Shown: positions 1-12,150, numbered from the stretch's first letter. The stretch is DNA of 44,310 nucleotides from Octopus bimaculoides (GCF_001194135.2 NC_068993.1:26592118-26636427), one strand, 5' to 3'. Made by a program: numbers and translations. Notes: generated from the sequence alone by a model not told the origin.

Positions 1-19
1 TGTTAAATGGAATTTTTAT

Positions 20-690
20 TATTTAACAAAGTTATTCCACCTTTGTCATCAATTACAACTTTAATACGTCAAGGAATACATTCATCACTGTGCTCCTGGA
101 AAAATCTTCGAACACCTCCTTCATCTTGGCCACAGGCCCGGTCCTGGTGCTGCAAGCAGAGCGGTTAGCGTTTTTCTCAATCGTGCTTCACAGATACCAA
201 TCCATAGGATTATACTCGGGGCGATTAGGAGACCAGAAATTGGAGCTAGAAATTCTCCGAAAACCACTTCTGACTTTCTCTGAAGGTATGGCAAGAAGCC
301 GAATCTTGCTGCCACACATGATATTCCGGCAGCAACCCTCTCCACCCAGGGTTTAACCATAGTCTCCAGCAGCCTCACATGGCCGAATTGAGTCTAAGTC
401 CCTGTTCAAAGATGTAGGCAGCATGACGTCACTCTCACCTGAGACACAAACATCCTTTCTGTTGACCACGGCTTCGTAGCCTCTGTTGCAGTTGTCCATG
501 TCACGTCTTACAAACTTTTCAGTGTTCACAGCATTGGGAAGCAATCATGATGTTGGCATTTTGATAACCTGCGTGAATCATCCTGATACAGGTAAGCCTT
601 TTCCAATATTCAGATGGTTTCCAGTCAACCATGTCAGTTCACTATTTCTCGACTACAGTTTTAATCATTATGCTCTCCAACGCTGTTGAC
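20..690 (-). mobile_element. Decayed Tc1/mariner transposase (catalytic and C-terminal part; probably DD37D/maT-like)
   Basis: Minus-strand translation across frameshifts and stops gives LLETMVKPWVERVA, WQQDSASCHTFRESQKWFSENF, WSPNRPEYNPMDWYL*STIE and IP*RIKVVIDDKGG. These match the Tc1/mariner QQD..H and WPPNSPDxNPxD motifs. The D-D spacing cannot be counted because of a deletion. Confidence 0.85.
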
Positions 691-784
691 TGTTCACCAA
701 CACGTCAAGCTGTTCCTCAATAATGGAGGCATAAAACAAACATCAAATTTATCCCGAACATTTTGTACACACAAATATAATAGT

Positions 785-816
785 CAGACACACGCACACC
801 ACACACACGCACACAA

Positions 817-890
<74 letters not shown>

Positions 891-973
891 TTTTCTGATG
901 TACATGAATGTGGCTGAAGCAGGTGCACCCAAATACAGACAATCGCATGTCTGCGCCCAACTATAGACAATCG

Positions 974-1028
<55 letters not shown>

Positions 1029-1323
1029 ATATATGTATACTTAGATGCACTCAGATGTAATGTCTTGTACATGACACAGGTAATACACATACGTATATAC
1101 AGTTATGTGCACACGTTATGTATAAATGTACGCACACACACAATCGTACGCACAAGCACACAGACACAAACACACACACATATATATACATATGTATATA
1201 CATATGCATATGTACATACAAACATACATATAAATATGCATACATATATATGTATGTACGTACGTATATACATATATACGTATGTATATTCATATGTATA
1301 TGTACGTACACACACACACACAT

Positions 1324-1355
<32 letters not shown>

Positions 1356-1580
1356 GTATGTATGACAAAAATATTAACAAATTGCAAGAGAATCTCTCTT
1401 ATTCTCCCTATCTCTCTCTTACACAGGAACACACACACACACACATACAACCACATATACACACTCATCTACCCACTTGCACTTAAATACGCGTATATAC
1501 ATATATATGTATGTAAGTGTGAATGTATGTATGTATGTATGTATGGACATATACACATACACACATACACACACAAACAG
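785..1580. repeat. Compound (CA)n/(TA)n/(CATA)n microsatellite field
   Basis: Visible dinucleotide and tetranucleotide runs; they explain the HTHTHT/CVCVCV ORFs. Confidence 0.97.
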
Positions 1581-2101
1581 TTCGTTGCCAAATTTCGAAT
1601 GTACCTGGTGAACCAACCACATGACCGGTATAGAAATAAAGTAAAATAGTAAATGTGTAAATATATAAATTGATTTGTTTGGTCTTGTTTATTTTATTAA
1701 TTTTCCTTACCATGTAGGGAAAACATTGGTGTATTGCGAGGGTGGGATATACAGGACAGTACCTAGTGAAAAAGAGTGTACGTGTGATGAAATATCTGGG
1801 ATGTTATTCTTGTACCGCTTTCCTTTTCCTTGTTACTCGACATATTTCATGTTTTCCCTTATAGTCTGACATCAAACTTGTAATCGACTTATTCCCTCCA
1901 CCGAAATTGCTGGCCTCTCGTCCCAAAATTTGAAATTATTATTATTATAATCGACAATCTTAAAGAACGGTGAGGCAAGGCCCTAAGATCACTGTGTAGA
2001 TCACTAAACTAAGTTTATATTCTCCAGTTACGTTTTGAATTCAAATAACACGAGTCAAATTTAGCTTCCATATAGCTTTTGTTTTAATCCATTCTTCTAT
2101 A

Positions 2102-2301
2102 GGCACAAGGCCTGAAATTTGGGGGAATGAGGTAGTCGATTATATCGACACCAGTGCCCAATTGGGACTTACTTCATCGGCCCCAAGAGGATGAAAAGCA
2201 AAGTCAATCTCGGCCGAATTTGAGCTTAGGGTGCAAAGATGGACGAAATGTCGCTAAGTATTTTGCCTGGCGTGTCACCGATTCTACCAACACGCTGCCT
2301 T
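2102..2301 (-). mobile_element. SINE family A (tRNA-derived head, Deu/Nin-like core)
   Basis: Reverse complement aligns by eye with the copies at 26283 and 27546 (GGCGAGCTGGCAGAA head, GAGTTCAAATT box-B-like motif, GCCTTTCATCC core). Confidence 0.75.
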
Positions 2302-2409
2302 TCATTTCTTTGTATTAATAAAGCGAATACAAGTAATGCAGTGTGATCAATTCACTCGAGTGTACTCCTCTTCCTGCATGTGAGTGGTTTAACACTAAAC
2401 ATCATAAAC

Positions 2410-2620
2410 CACAATTAAAGAAGCCTCTACGTATCACTCAGTGTGCTAGAAATAGTAGCCAAATCACTCTCAAATCAGACACTTCTAATTTAGACTACAG
2501 AACACATTGTATAATATAGTCCACAGTACACTACGCCTGAAAAAAGCAGGGATGGCCATGGATGGAGCACGTCTGATGATAGATAAGGCCGACTTGGAGT
2601 GAAACAAAAACAAACTAAAT
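2410..2620 (+). repeat. Interspersed repeat (family D); related copies near 7550-7760 and 17060-17220
   Basis: Shared motifs gctagaaatagtagccaaat and cacattg-ataat-tagtc among the three loci. Confidence 0.55.
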
Positions 2621-2886
2621 AAATCCCTGAACCACTTTCAACCTCATTAAAATATTTCCAAACATTCGGTTCACATGTCCACCTGTGGTTCATAGGAGCT
2701 GATTGTTTATTTCGTGTGAAAATATCGCACGAATTATTAAACAAAGATCTCATGATCTAATCCTATCAACAGCTGCGGTTAATGTTTAGTTATCAAGATG
2801 TCATTCCTGCAGCGCTATCTTCGTGAACCTGTGCCTCCTTCCATGCTGACATATAGCAAACCTGTGTTAACGTGTATGTTGTCGTT

Positions 2887-2921
<35 letters not shown>

Positions 2922-4063
2922 CAGACAGAGAGAGAGGGGGGGAGAGACAGAGACAGAGAAAGAACGGTGCATTTGAAAGATAAAGACGGAATGATACATA
3001 AGAGGAAACATGAGCGAGCGTGCGCGTGGACACTCACACACACGCACATACACACACACACACACACATATATAGAGAGACAGACAGGCAGACAGAGTGA
3101 GAGAAAGAGTGAAGACACATGCAAACACAGAAAACCCCCGTTAGTGAATGACAAAATTACAGAGAAAGATGGGACATTATATATAAATAAAAAAGGTAGA
3201 GAGAGAGAATGAAGTAGGAGTAGAGGAGAGATTCGAGCGTTTTATAGAACAGGTCTTGTTGTTTCATTAAGAGGGAGAAGGAGAGAAATTAGACAGTCAG
3301 TTTGTTTGGAGATGTTTAAATGATAAACATAGTAGCTCGGAACTACTTGGGAATTGGCCAATATTTCGGCTCTCTCTCTCTCTCTTTCCTAAGTCTATCT
3401 GCCTGCCTGTCTCTCACACCGATACTCCGTTCTAGGACGTTCACCGAACTGTTTGTCGCATAAGTGAATGTTCAAGCACCAGCATTCGATAAGCGTGGAA
3501 TCCACAGAACGGTTTCAATATCATCTTGAAATGATTCCTCTTCAACTCACACAAGAAGGTCGCTCGAGAATAGACTGAAATTATGCATAATTTCAATAAC
3601 TCCGCCCCCCCCCCACTCACACAAATACCTCAAAATACCATTGCCTTACGACATTGACATATACAACTGAAAGGCTTTCTGTTGTGAAAATTAATAATAT
3701 ATAGTTGTATGAAGCCGATGCCTGATGTTCGAGACTGTCGAGCATTCAACCTTTTGGATTTCATGTATCCAGTATCTCACTGTTCTGCATGAAATTTCAT
3801 CTCTTTCATCTCTTCAAGAATAGGCATAAGTACGAGTAGTATACTGAGGCTGTCATTATCGATTATGTCCCTTCTTTCAGGTTCCCAATAAAGCATGACG
3901 CATGAAAGAGTTCTCTCTGAGTAATGTAAACTCTTAATGGTGCAAGAACCAAAAAAGTGAAAAGTTAGTGCCTTTTGTACAGAGCGTAACGTTCACATTT
4001 GGAAACGGACTCGCACTTCTTTTGTCAAGAAATAAGGCAGACAAATGAATAGTAAAGATTAAA

Positions 4064-4640
4064 AAAGAGTTTCAAAATGCCGCGCCATATTATTATAGTG
4101 CATTAAGGAACAGCGGGTTCTCGGAAAAGATCCAGTATGGCCAAAGCACTACTAGCAATAATAGAATCCGTGGAACTAGAACAAGGAAAGTTTTATGGTT
4201 TAATCCGGCATTTAACATTGCAGCAAAAACTAATATAGGTAGAGAATTCTTGAAACTAGTTTCTAGGCACTTCCAATAAAACCATAAGTTCTATAGAATT
4301 TCTAGTAGAACTCAGATTGTAAAAACAGACGAAATACCGCTAAGCATTTTGCCCGGCGTGCTAACGTTTCTACCAGCTCACCGCCTTAAGACTAGATTAT
4401 ATTCCAATCGTAATTCATTTCGATACCTCGAAAATAGGACAGCAACGAGTCTTGCCAAACTTGTCTGGCATTTAAAAGAAAATGATACCCGTCCTTTCAA
4501 TATCGGCTGGACGATCTTGGAGAAAGCTGCACCGTATTAGCATGGAGCATATAGATGCTCTATGAGGTGCAATTTGCGTCTGACCGAAAAGCTCTTCATC
4601 CTTTTCCAGGATAAATATGCATTGAACCAATGACGGAGGC
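4064..4640 (+). mobile_element. Penelope-like retroelement relic (post-RT linker and GIY-YIG C-terminus)
   Basis: Translates KEFQNAAPYYYSALRNSGFSEKIQY, RTRKVLWFNPAFNIAAKTNIGREFLKLVSRHF, then KTRLYSNRNSF, TSLAKLVWHLKEND and AAPY*HGAYRCSMRCNLRLTEKLFIL. These are typical PLE motifs (WFNPP, CNLCLxEK). Confidence 0.85.
4309..4390 (-). mobile_element. SINE family A 5' fragment inside the PLE relic
   Basis: agacgaaataccgctaagcattttgcccggcgtgctaacgtttctaccagctcaccgcc is the reverse complement of the family A head. Confidence 0.85.
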
Positions 4641-4760
4641 TTTTGAGATCTTTTCCTTTTGATCGGCAGGTCGATAAATTAATCTTTTTTAACTAAACAC
4701 TTTGAAACTACCGATACTGGTAGAGTGTATCATATAGAACATCTTTTACTCTTAGCGTTG

Positions 4761-5558
4761 TTGAGAAAAGTTTCTATTTACGAAGTTATTTCGTGTTAAA
4801 GTTGTCGTGTTTCAACCAATCAATGACGTGTATTCAGCTGAATAAAATTGCTGCTGTTGTTTATCAACAACTTCCGGCGGTTTATATTTCGTTTGTCACT
4901 GTTATTTACGACATACTTCATCTCAGTTCCATTNNNNNNNNNNNNNNNNNNNNNNNNNNNNNNNNNNNNNNNNNNNNNNNNNNNNNNNNNNNNNNNNNNN
5001 NNNNNNNNNNNNNNNNNNNNNNNNNNNNNNNNNNNNNNNNNNNNNNNNNNNNNNNNNNNNNNNNNNNNNNNNNNNNNNNNNNNNNNNNNNNNNNNNNNNN
5101 NNNNNNNNNNNNNNNNNNNNNNNNNNNNNNNNNNNNNNNNNNNNNNNNNNNNNNNNNNNNNNNNNNNNNNNNNNNNNNNNNNNNNNNNNNNNNNNNNNNN
5201 NNNNNNNNNNNNNNNNNAAACGCTAACACAACCCCTAGCCCTAACCCTTAAACCCTAACCCTAATCCTTAAACTCTAACTCAACCCTAAAATCCTAACCC
5301 TATCCCTAATCCTAAAACCCTAACCCTAAAACCCTAACACTAACCCTAAAACCCTAACACTAACCCTAAAACCCTAACACTAACCCTAAAACCCTAAACG
5401 TTCGAACAGTGACATGAAATATACACCGCCGATAGTTGTTGTTGACAAACAACAACAGTAATTTTATTCAGCTGAATGCAGGTCATTGATTGGTTGAAAT
5501 TACCGAAATACGACAACTTTAACACGAAATAACTTCGTAAATAGAAACTTTTCTCAAA
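4761..5558. mobile_element. Foldback/MITE-like element with ~145-155 bp terminal inverted repeats
   Basis: 4761-4903 is the reverse complement of 5405-5558 (ttgagaaaagtttctatttacgaagttatttcgtgttaaagttgtcgt...). The interior contains a gap and a telomere-like array. Confidence 0.85.
5218..5397 (+). repeat. Interstitial telomere-like (CCCTAA)n variant array
   Basis: CCCTAA, CCCTAAAA and CACTAA units; perfect 20-bp unit TAACCCTAAAACCCTAACAC three times at 5321-5380. Confidence 0.92.
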
Positions 5559-6174
5559 ATACCATACGGATAATAATAATAATATTTGACTTTCGCATTT
5601 GAATTTGGTTTTCCATTTGATTGTTTTTTACAATGCAATTTAGCCCACAATATACCTCACAATTTCAATTTTTATTTTTATTGTACATCTTAAAAGCCCC
5701 TTTTACAGTCACCTAATATGTGTTGTATAGGTATCGCGTATTTACAGTAGACCAAAATGTGTTTTTAAAGACATCAAGTACCAGAATGGATTAGTTTTAT
5801 TTTATTTTATTATTTATTATAATTTTATTATTATTTTTTGATATTTTATTGTTTACTTAATTACTTCCTTTATATTTACTTATCATTTTTATTATCATTG
5901 ATGGTAATGCGATGGTGATGAGTTTTAATGAGAATAGTAAACATTTTTGGCGTGTTTCGGCAGTCACAAAGCTTTCTCTTTTAAATTTCGCCGAGGCCAA
6001 AAATTTATATTATATTATAATATTACACCATAAATTGAATAATATTATTGATTTTTTTTTTCAATCCACAATTTGAAGATACACTATTTTAATATTCAAT
6101 ATACCAGACAAACGGTTTTTAATATACTCGTGTGCGTATANNNNNNNNNNACAACTGCTTTAGTGGCACCTTAC

Positions 6175-6362
6175 TGGAGAGTGAAACAAGCCGAAACGAG
6201 AATCGACTGAGAAGGTTCGGCGAATACTCATGGAAGCCCGTTGCGTAACAATCCAGGAAATTGCTCACGAAGTGGAGGATAAGCTCAGGATCAGTTCAAA
6301 CCACTTTAACGGAGGATGTGTGCATACGAAGTGTGTCGGCGAAATTCGTACCCAAGGTGCTG
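6175..6362 (+). mobile_element. Mariner transposase fragment (second HTH and WVPK-like motif)
   Basis: With one frameshift: KVRRILMEARCVTIQEIAHEV/ISSGSVQTTLTEDVCIRSVSAKFVPKVL. Confidence 0.85.
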
Positions 6363-6497
6363 GTGGCGAGATAGCAGAATTGGTAGCACGTCGGGCAAAA
6401 TGCCCAACGGCATTGCGTCCGTCTTTACGTTCTGAGTTCAAATTCCACCGAGGTGGGGATTGCCTTTCATCCTTCTGGGGTCGATAAAATTAATAGT
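6362..6497 (+). mobile_element. SINE family A
   Basis: ggtggcgagatagcagaa...gagttcaaattccaccgagg...gcctttcatccttctggggtcgataaa. Confidence 0.85.
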
Positions 6498-7501
6498 AAG
6501 CGCTGTTAGCTTCTCACACTTTTTCTATCTTTTTTTTTCTCTCTTACTTTCTTTTTCTTCCACTCTACCCCTTCTTTTATTCCAGCCACCACCTCTTATT
6601 CTTATTCTGTTTTTTTCTAAGGTGTAGCAATAATGTTGCGTTTTCATAACATACGCACGAAGACGTATGATGTGTGTGTGTGTGTGTGTGTAGATACCTA
6701 TATATACATTTGTATATATATTCATATTTTGCCTGTGTATGCTTGTATTAGCGCTTGTATGTTTAGTGTACATATATACGTTTGTGTTTTTTTAGTGTGT
6801 ATATGTATAAGTACAGTGTGTTTATTTTTAGGCCGTTTGATTTATGTAAGTGAATATTATTATAAAAAGACATTTTTAATTAAATTTATTTTACAATTGA
6901 TTAATTTATTCTGGACATATATATGTTTTTCCTGCTAACCACAGTTATTTTTGAAATTTTGATTTTTGATTTAAGGTTTTCTTCGATTTCAGATAATAGG
7001 ATTATAAACCTATCATCATTGATTAGAAAAAAAACATTATTTGGAAGGACCAATGAAAAAAAAAAAAAAAACTATTTCAAATGTGTATCTGTCAATATAA
7101 GTTGTATATTTTATATATACAAACTTTATTTTTGTTCCATTCTCAATCTAAACTGTCCGACGAACGCGAACTTGAAACTCCGAGTAGCAGTTTTTGTGAC
7201 CTTTTTGTGATGTCTTTGCAGCTTTAATAAAAATAATGCATATTACTCTACCTCCGGTATTCAAGTACTATTTTATCCCACCTTGTTTCATGTGCTTACT
7301 TTTGTATGTATGTATGTATATATGTATGTATGTATGTATGTACNNNNNNNNNNNNNNNNNNNNNNNNNNNNNNNNNNNNNNNNNNNNNNNNNNNNNNNNN
7401 NNNNNNNNNNNNNNNNNNNNNNNNNNNNNNNNNNNNNNNNNNNNNNNNNNNNNNNNNNNNNNNNNNNNNNNNNNNNNNNNNNNNNNNNNNNNNNNNNNNN
7501 N

Positions 7502-7534
<33 letters not shown>

Positions 7535-8271
7535 CAAGAGCAATGACGAGCCAACAGCAAGCCCCTCTGTGATCGTGGGATCTGCCAGAAATAGTAACCA
7601 AATAATTCACAAATGATGCTCTGTTGTCTTAACAAGCATGGTCACAGATTACGGGCTAAAACCAAGTAAAAGATAAGAGTGCATTGGACAATGAAGTGTT
7701 GGACAGACAAAGAAGAATGAATTGGTCATAGCTAGAATACTTTTGATCATTAGTTTGCTCAATCACGGTCAACAACAATAGTCATAGCAAAGTGATGGTT
7801 TGCTTTTCTCTGTGCAGTGCTAGATAGAACTTAAACAACTATGTACATCAAAAATACTGGAAAATGCGGTGTTTGGGTATAAACTGATATCTACTTGATA
7901 TATGTCAATATGGTAACGAGGTACAGTTGAGGACGGCACGATCAGTCTAAAGAAGCCTTAATAAAGAAAATAAACTAAAGAAAAGCAGAAATCCACAGAC
8001 ATGAGATAAGACTGCTAATTCGTTCTTGTACTCTAGAATGTGAAAGGTACTCGATGCAGGAATATGTCTTGCAGAACAATTTCTCGCCATAGTCTTTATG
8101 TCTAAAATGCATCAATTTCAGCTATAGAGAGAAATTTTTCTCCGGGGCAAAATTCTGCAACAAATGCCTTTCACCTTCTGGTGCTAAAATAAATGTACAA
8201 ATCTTTATTTTGATTCTCACTGCTTTGTGTGCTTAAACTATATGATCGAACGCCACGCATCCTTTTCCAAG

Positions 8272-8305
<34 letters not shown>

Positions 8306-8519
8306 TTCGAGATGGTCATTTTTTTCTTTTTTTGCCAAATAAACACACGCATCATATATTTGCTCTTCACTCGTTTATTACTGTTCTTATTCTAGCTCGT
8401 GTCCATTGTCTGGAAATCTTTTGTCACACATCTGTGACCTTTTCAGTAACACTTTTCGTTTTCGTATGTGCTCTTGCTCCACTTACTGTATATATAGTTC
8501 AAATTTACATAAAACAAAA

Positions 8520-8640
8520 GACGATGACAGGTTAGTTTAACGCTCGGGAAGAATGGAAAAGTCTTTGATGTTTCGAGCCAACACTTCGACAGAAGAGAGA
8601 AGAAAAATGAGAGTGAAAACGAGAAAAAAAAAACGGATAG
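8520..8640 (-). mobile_element. Short repeat with minimal hammerhead-like core (family H copy)
   Basis: Minus strand ttctgtcgaagtgttggctcgaaacatcaaagacttttcc...cccgagcgtt is homologous to the 22610-22727 and 26990-27205 copies. Confidence 0.65.
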
Positions 8641-9039
8641 AAAGAAAAATATATAGAGATATCAATTAATAAAGTACTCTATCCACTGATAGATAAATAT
8701 AATGTACACTTAAAGAAAGAGCTAGTAATTAAAGGAAGAGCTACTAATAGATTTTTGCCATTAATACACGTGGTTAGGCAAGTTTTAATACGTGCCTTGT
8801 GTCTCCAAGCAATCTGTTGGCTCTGTGCACATTGTTCTATTTGATAATCAGGACACTAGTGCAGGAGAAACCACTAGAAAAAAACGAGGAGAAGGTTGAT
8901 GCAAAAAGTGGAAATAGAAGACAAAGGGTGAATAAACCAAAAAGAAAATTAGAGTGAAGTCCCCTTTGACCGTAAAAGTCATAATTAAACTAGTTGTTGT
9001 AGCATCATTTATTGGGGAGGATGCCCAAATTCTACGAGA

Positions 9040-9200
9040 CAGTTATTCAAATCGGAGAGGGTGGTGTCCTCCACTTCGCCAAAAGAAATTTGTCCATATG
9101 TTTGCATTTGCTGAAATTTTCGGATCTGGAATTAAGTAGTGTGGTGGAATTCATGAATCTAAAAAGAATGTGCGATCTTTCAGTTACGCATAAGTTGCAG
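9040..9200 (-). mobile_element. Penelope-like element C-terminal fragment
   Basis: Track ORF 9047-9232 contains CNLCVTERSHILFRFMNSTTLLNSRSENFSKCKHMDKFLL, matching the PLE terminal motif CNLCxxEK...LLNxRSExxSKCRHxNKFLL. Confidence 0.8.
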
Positions 9201-9207
9201 AAGAAAT

Positions 9208-9263
9208 AAACATCAGAGATGTTTCGCTCCACGAAGAAACTGCAGGAGCTACTCAGAGATTTT
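9208..9263 (-). ncRNA. Decayed type I hammerhead ribozyme motif
   Basis: aaaatct-CTGAGTA-GCTCC...GGAGC-GAAAC-AT-CTC-tgatgttt: perfect 5-bp stem II and intact GAAAC, but G8 and the cleavage triplet are mutated. Confidence 0.5.
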
Positions 9264-9289
9264 GTAAGCCTTTCTAAATCGATTTTAAT

Positions 9290-9600
9290 GCTGGAAACTC
9301 TTCCGTATCGTCAACAGGTACCCCAGGTTCACAAACATTTCGTCCTCTAGACTGTACGCTTCACCTGAGTAGAACAGCGAAGACTGAGCTAGTCTCCACC
9401 CACGGAAGAGTTCCAACTTATGGTCTCTTGATAATAATATCCATTTTGAGCTTGCTTCAGTTGCCATGCCTATTTCCTTGCTGGCTTTCTTCAGTTGTCT
9501 GGGTTTCAGACCTGTCTTCTGCAGGAAATAGAGCACTGAACAAGATGTAAAGTCGCAGCAACCGATTTCAATGGGGAATGAGACCGCATGCCAGTCCTTC
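9290..9600 (-). mobile_element. Hero-like RLE LINE 3' end (C-terminus and 3' UTR)
   Basis: [58 protein letters not shown] resembles the Hero-clade C-terminus (PVEVGCRGF...EAAEKASRWLW). The clade call is from memory. Confidence 0.7.
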
Positions 9601-10125
9601 ACACACACACTCACACATACACACATGCGCATGCAAGCACGCACGCACGCACGTACGCACGTACGCACGCACGCACGAACACATACACACACACAGATAC
9701 ACACACACACATACACACACACACACACACACATACACACACACACATGTTCATTAGGTGTGTGTGTGTGTGTACATATATCTCTGAAAATGCTGTGAGA
9801 ACACGGACACACACTACTGGATGGCGTGTTCTGTAGGCGGGGTAAAGAAACGAAAATTAAAAATAATTTAAATTAAAATAAAAGTGTGAACAAGGCTTAG
9901 AATACTAAAAAATTCGACATAACAAAAAATAATGTAATAGAACGAATATATACACACATACATACATATGTCTGCCTACATGCATGCATACATGCATACA
10001 TACATGCATACATACATACATACATACATACATACATACATACATACATGCATGCATGCATGCATACATACATACATACATACATACATGCATGCAGACA
10101 TACATACATACATACATACATACAT
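9600..10125. repeat. (CA)n, (CACG)n and (CATA)n microsatellites
   Basis: Direct inspection. Confidence 0.95.
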
Positions 10126-10129
10126 AGGT

Positions 10130-10815
10130 GACTATTACATCATGTCACATTTCGAAGGCTACGCGAAACACTCCAGGAGTAGAAGATTGCTTCGAAATAT
10201 TTAATTAAGAAGCGGAACAGTGAAGCCCTTAATTTTCTAAAAAGCAATTGCAAATGTCGATTATGTAACATTTCTGTGGAGGTCATACAAGTATAACAGT
10301 ACCTACACAAAAATGGCTTCGAACTACTATCTCCTACCACGACGTGATTTATATGGTTTGCGGAGAAGACTGTTTTGGGATAAATATAAACAACACCGCA
10401 GTTATTATATACGTACATATCACCATAAGAAATACTAGTGGAATATCTCCATTAAAACTTCTATCGAGCGCAAACAGACTTGACGTTGTTATTTGAGGCA
10501 GAAAAGAAAAAAATCAGGTTTAGTCATAGACCATTTCTTCAAAAATTACCAAAAGGAAGAATATTTATGGACAATTGCTTTGAAAACTCTCATTATAAAT
10601 CAGAGCTCCTCTACTCTGATTATAAATTCACAGCTATACCAATAATAATTGGTGCATTTGATGAGGTTGGTAAGTGCCTAATTGACGATCTGGAAAAGCT
10701 AATATTTCTCAAGCAAAAGAATAGACCGGCTTACACAATCATTACACATACAATCTATAAGCGGAACAGTAACACTATGCGAAAGTTCAATATGTAACAA
10801 TTATCGTTATTATTA
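10130..10815 (+). mobile_element. RLE-type LINE 3' fragment (R4/Dong/NeSL-like): CCHC knuckle and restriction-like endonuclease
   Basis: KCRLCNISVEVIQ, TKMASNYYLLPRRD, WNISIKTSIERK, SELLYSDYKFTAIPIIIGAFDEVGKCLIDDLEKL, ISGTVTLCESS; ends in a TAT-rich tail. Confidence 0.75.
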
Positions 10816-11464
10816 TCGAAATTCTAGCGATGAAGCTTTTGATTCTTTGTTCAAAGCCAACTCTTTTCTTTTAGGAAGAATGCTGACAAATAAATAAAAA
10901 TAAACGATACACACATATTTAGATGCATACATACGTATATACATACATACATATATACATACAGACGGAAAGACAGACAGACAGAGAAGGAGAGAGAGCT
11001 AACGTAGAGAATGTGTGGAAACATAATATATATGGGTGCATGAGTGACGTTGTGTGGGTGCGTGCACACGCATGCGTGTGTGCTTATGTGTGAGTGTGTG
11101 AGTGTGTGAGCGTGTGTGTGTGTGTGAGCGTGTGTGTGTGTGTGTGTGAGCGTGTGTGTGTGTGTGTGTATGTGTGCGCTCGCTCGCGCGCCCGTGTATT
11201 TATAATCCGATCATTATTCGGATATTTCTGCTTCAGCCCCACTGCCAATCTACTCACACATACACGCACACACACATACAGACACAAACGCACACAACAC
11301 ACACACATTACCGACTTTTCTTGCACATACAACTCTACATTCACTGATACACCACCCAGTACCATTTCTCCATGTCTATTGTATGCTAATATCCTCAGCT
11401 ACTATAAAGCAAAAATTCCTACAGCGTATGTATAGCAGGGGTAACGTGCATTTCTGTCTGACGA

Positions 11465-11834
11465 GTGGTGGTGGTGGTGGTGGTGGTGGCGGTGGTGGAG
11501 TTAGCCATGCTGTTAGGGTGGATTGGGGCATGTTAAGGAGGAACAGAGAAGGGGTACTGGTAGTGGGTGAGATGAAATCTCACGGTAGAAGAGGATGGTG
11601 AGTCTGCAGCAACAACATTCTGTCATCACAAATAGAATCTTACACAACAACAACAACAACAACAACAACAATAAAGCCAGCAGCAACAACAATGATAACA
11701 ACGGCAGCAGCACTTTTAGTTGGCACCAGGCGGTTGCTTTGCAGCTTCAACAAAGTTCTTCAGTTTTTGCGGCAGAGGCAACAACAGCAGCTGCGGCAGC
11801 AATTTGCAGCAGTAGTAGTAGCAGCAGCAGCGGC

Positions 11835-11892
<58 letters not shown>
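11465..11892. repeat. Trinucleotide arrays (GGT)n, (CAA)n, (CAG)n, (AGT)n
   Basis: Direct inspection; they produce the polyG/N/S/V ORFs. Confidence 0.95.
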
Positions 11893-11937
11893 ATTTGCTT
11901 TATATCTAAGACCTTGAAATGGTTTTAGATGTAAAGC

Positions 11938-12150
11938 AATTTCTAAAGTAATGATATATATAAAGTTTCAAAAATCACGAAATACATAAGGTTACTGAAA
12001 TATGTAACTTTTCTAAAATCATGAAATATACAATATTTCTAACACCATGATACGTACAAAGCTTCTAAATACCATGAAATATATAAAGTTTTTAAAATCT
12101 TGAAATATATAAATTTCTAAAGATTATTAAATGTATATAGTTTCTAAAGC
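11938..12150 (+). repeat. Degenerate ~26-bp AT-rich minisatellite
   Basis: About 8 units resembling tttctaaaatcatgaaatatataaag. Confidence 0.75.

Noticed and set aside
2574-2606. CTGATGA...GAAAC in repeat family D
   Set aside because: No stem II pairing, no NUH triplet and no stem I.
5218-5397. True chromosome end or telomere fusion site
   Set aside because: The array is short, variant-rich, single-orientation and enclosed by TIRs.
11595-11909. PolyQ/N/A/S ORF preceded by a GATG|GTGAGT donor-like site
   Set aside because: Pure trinucleotide microsatellites with no flanking coding signal.
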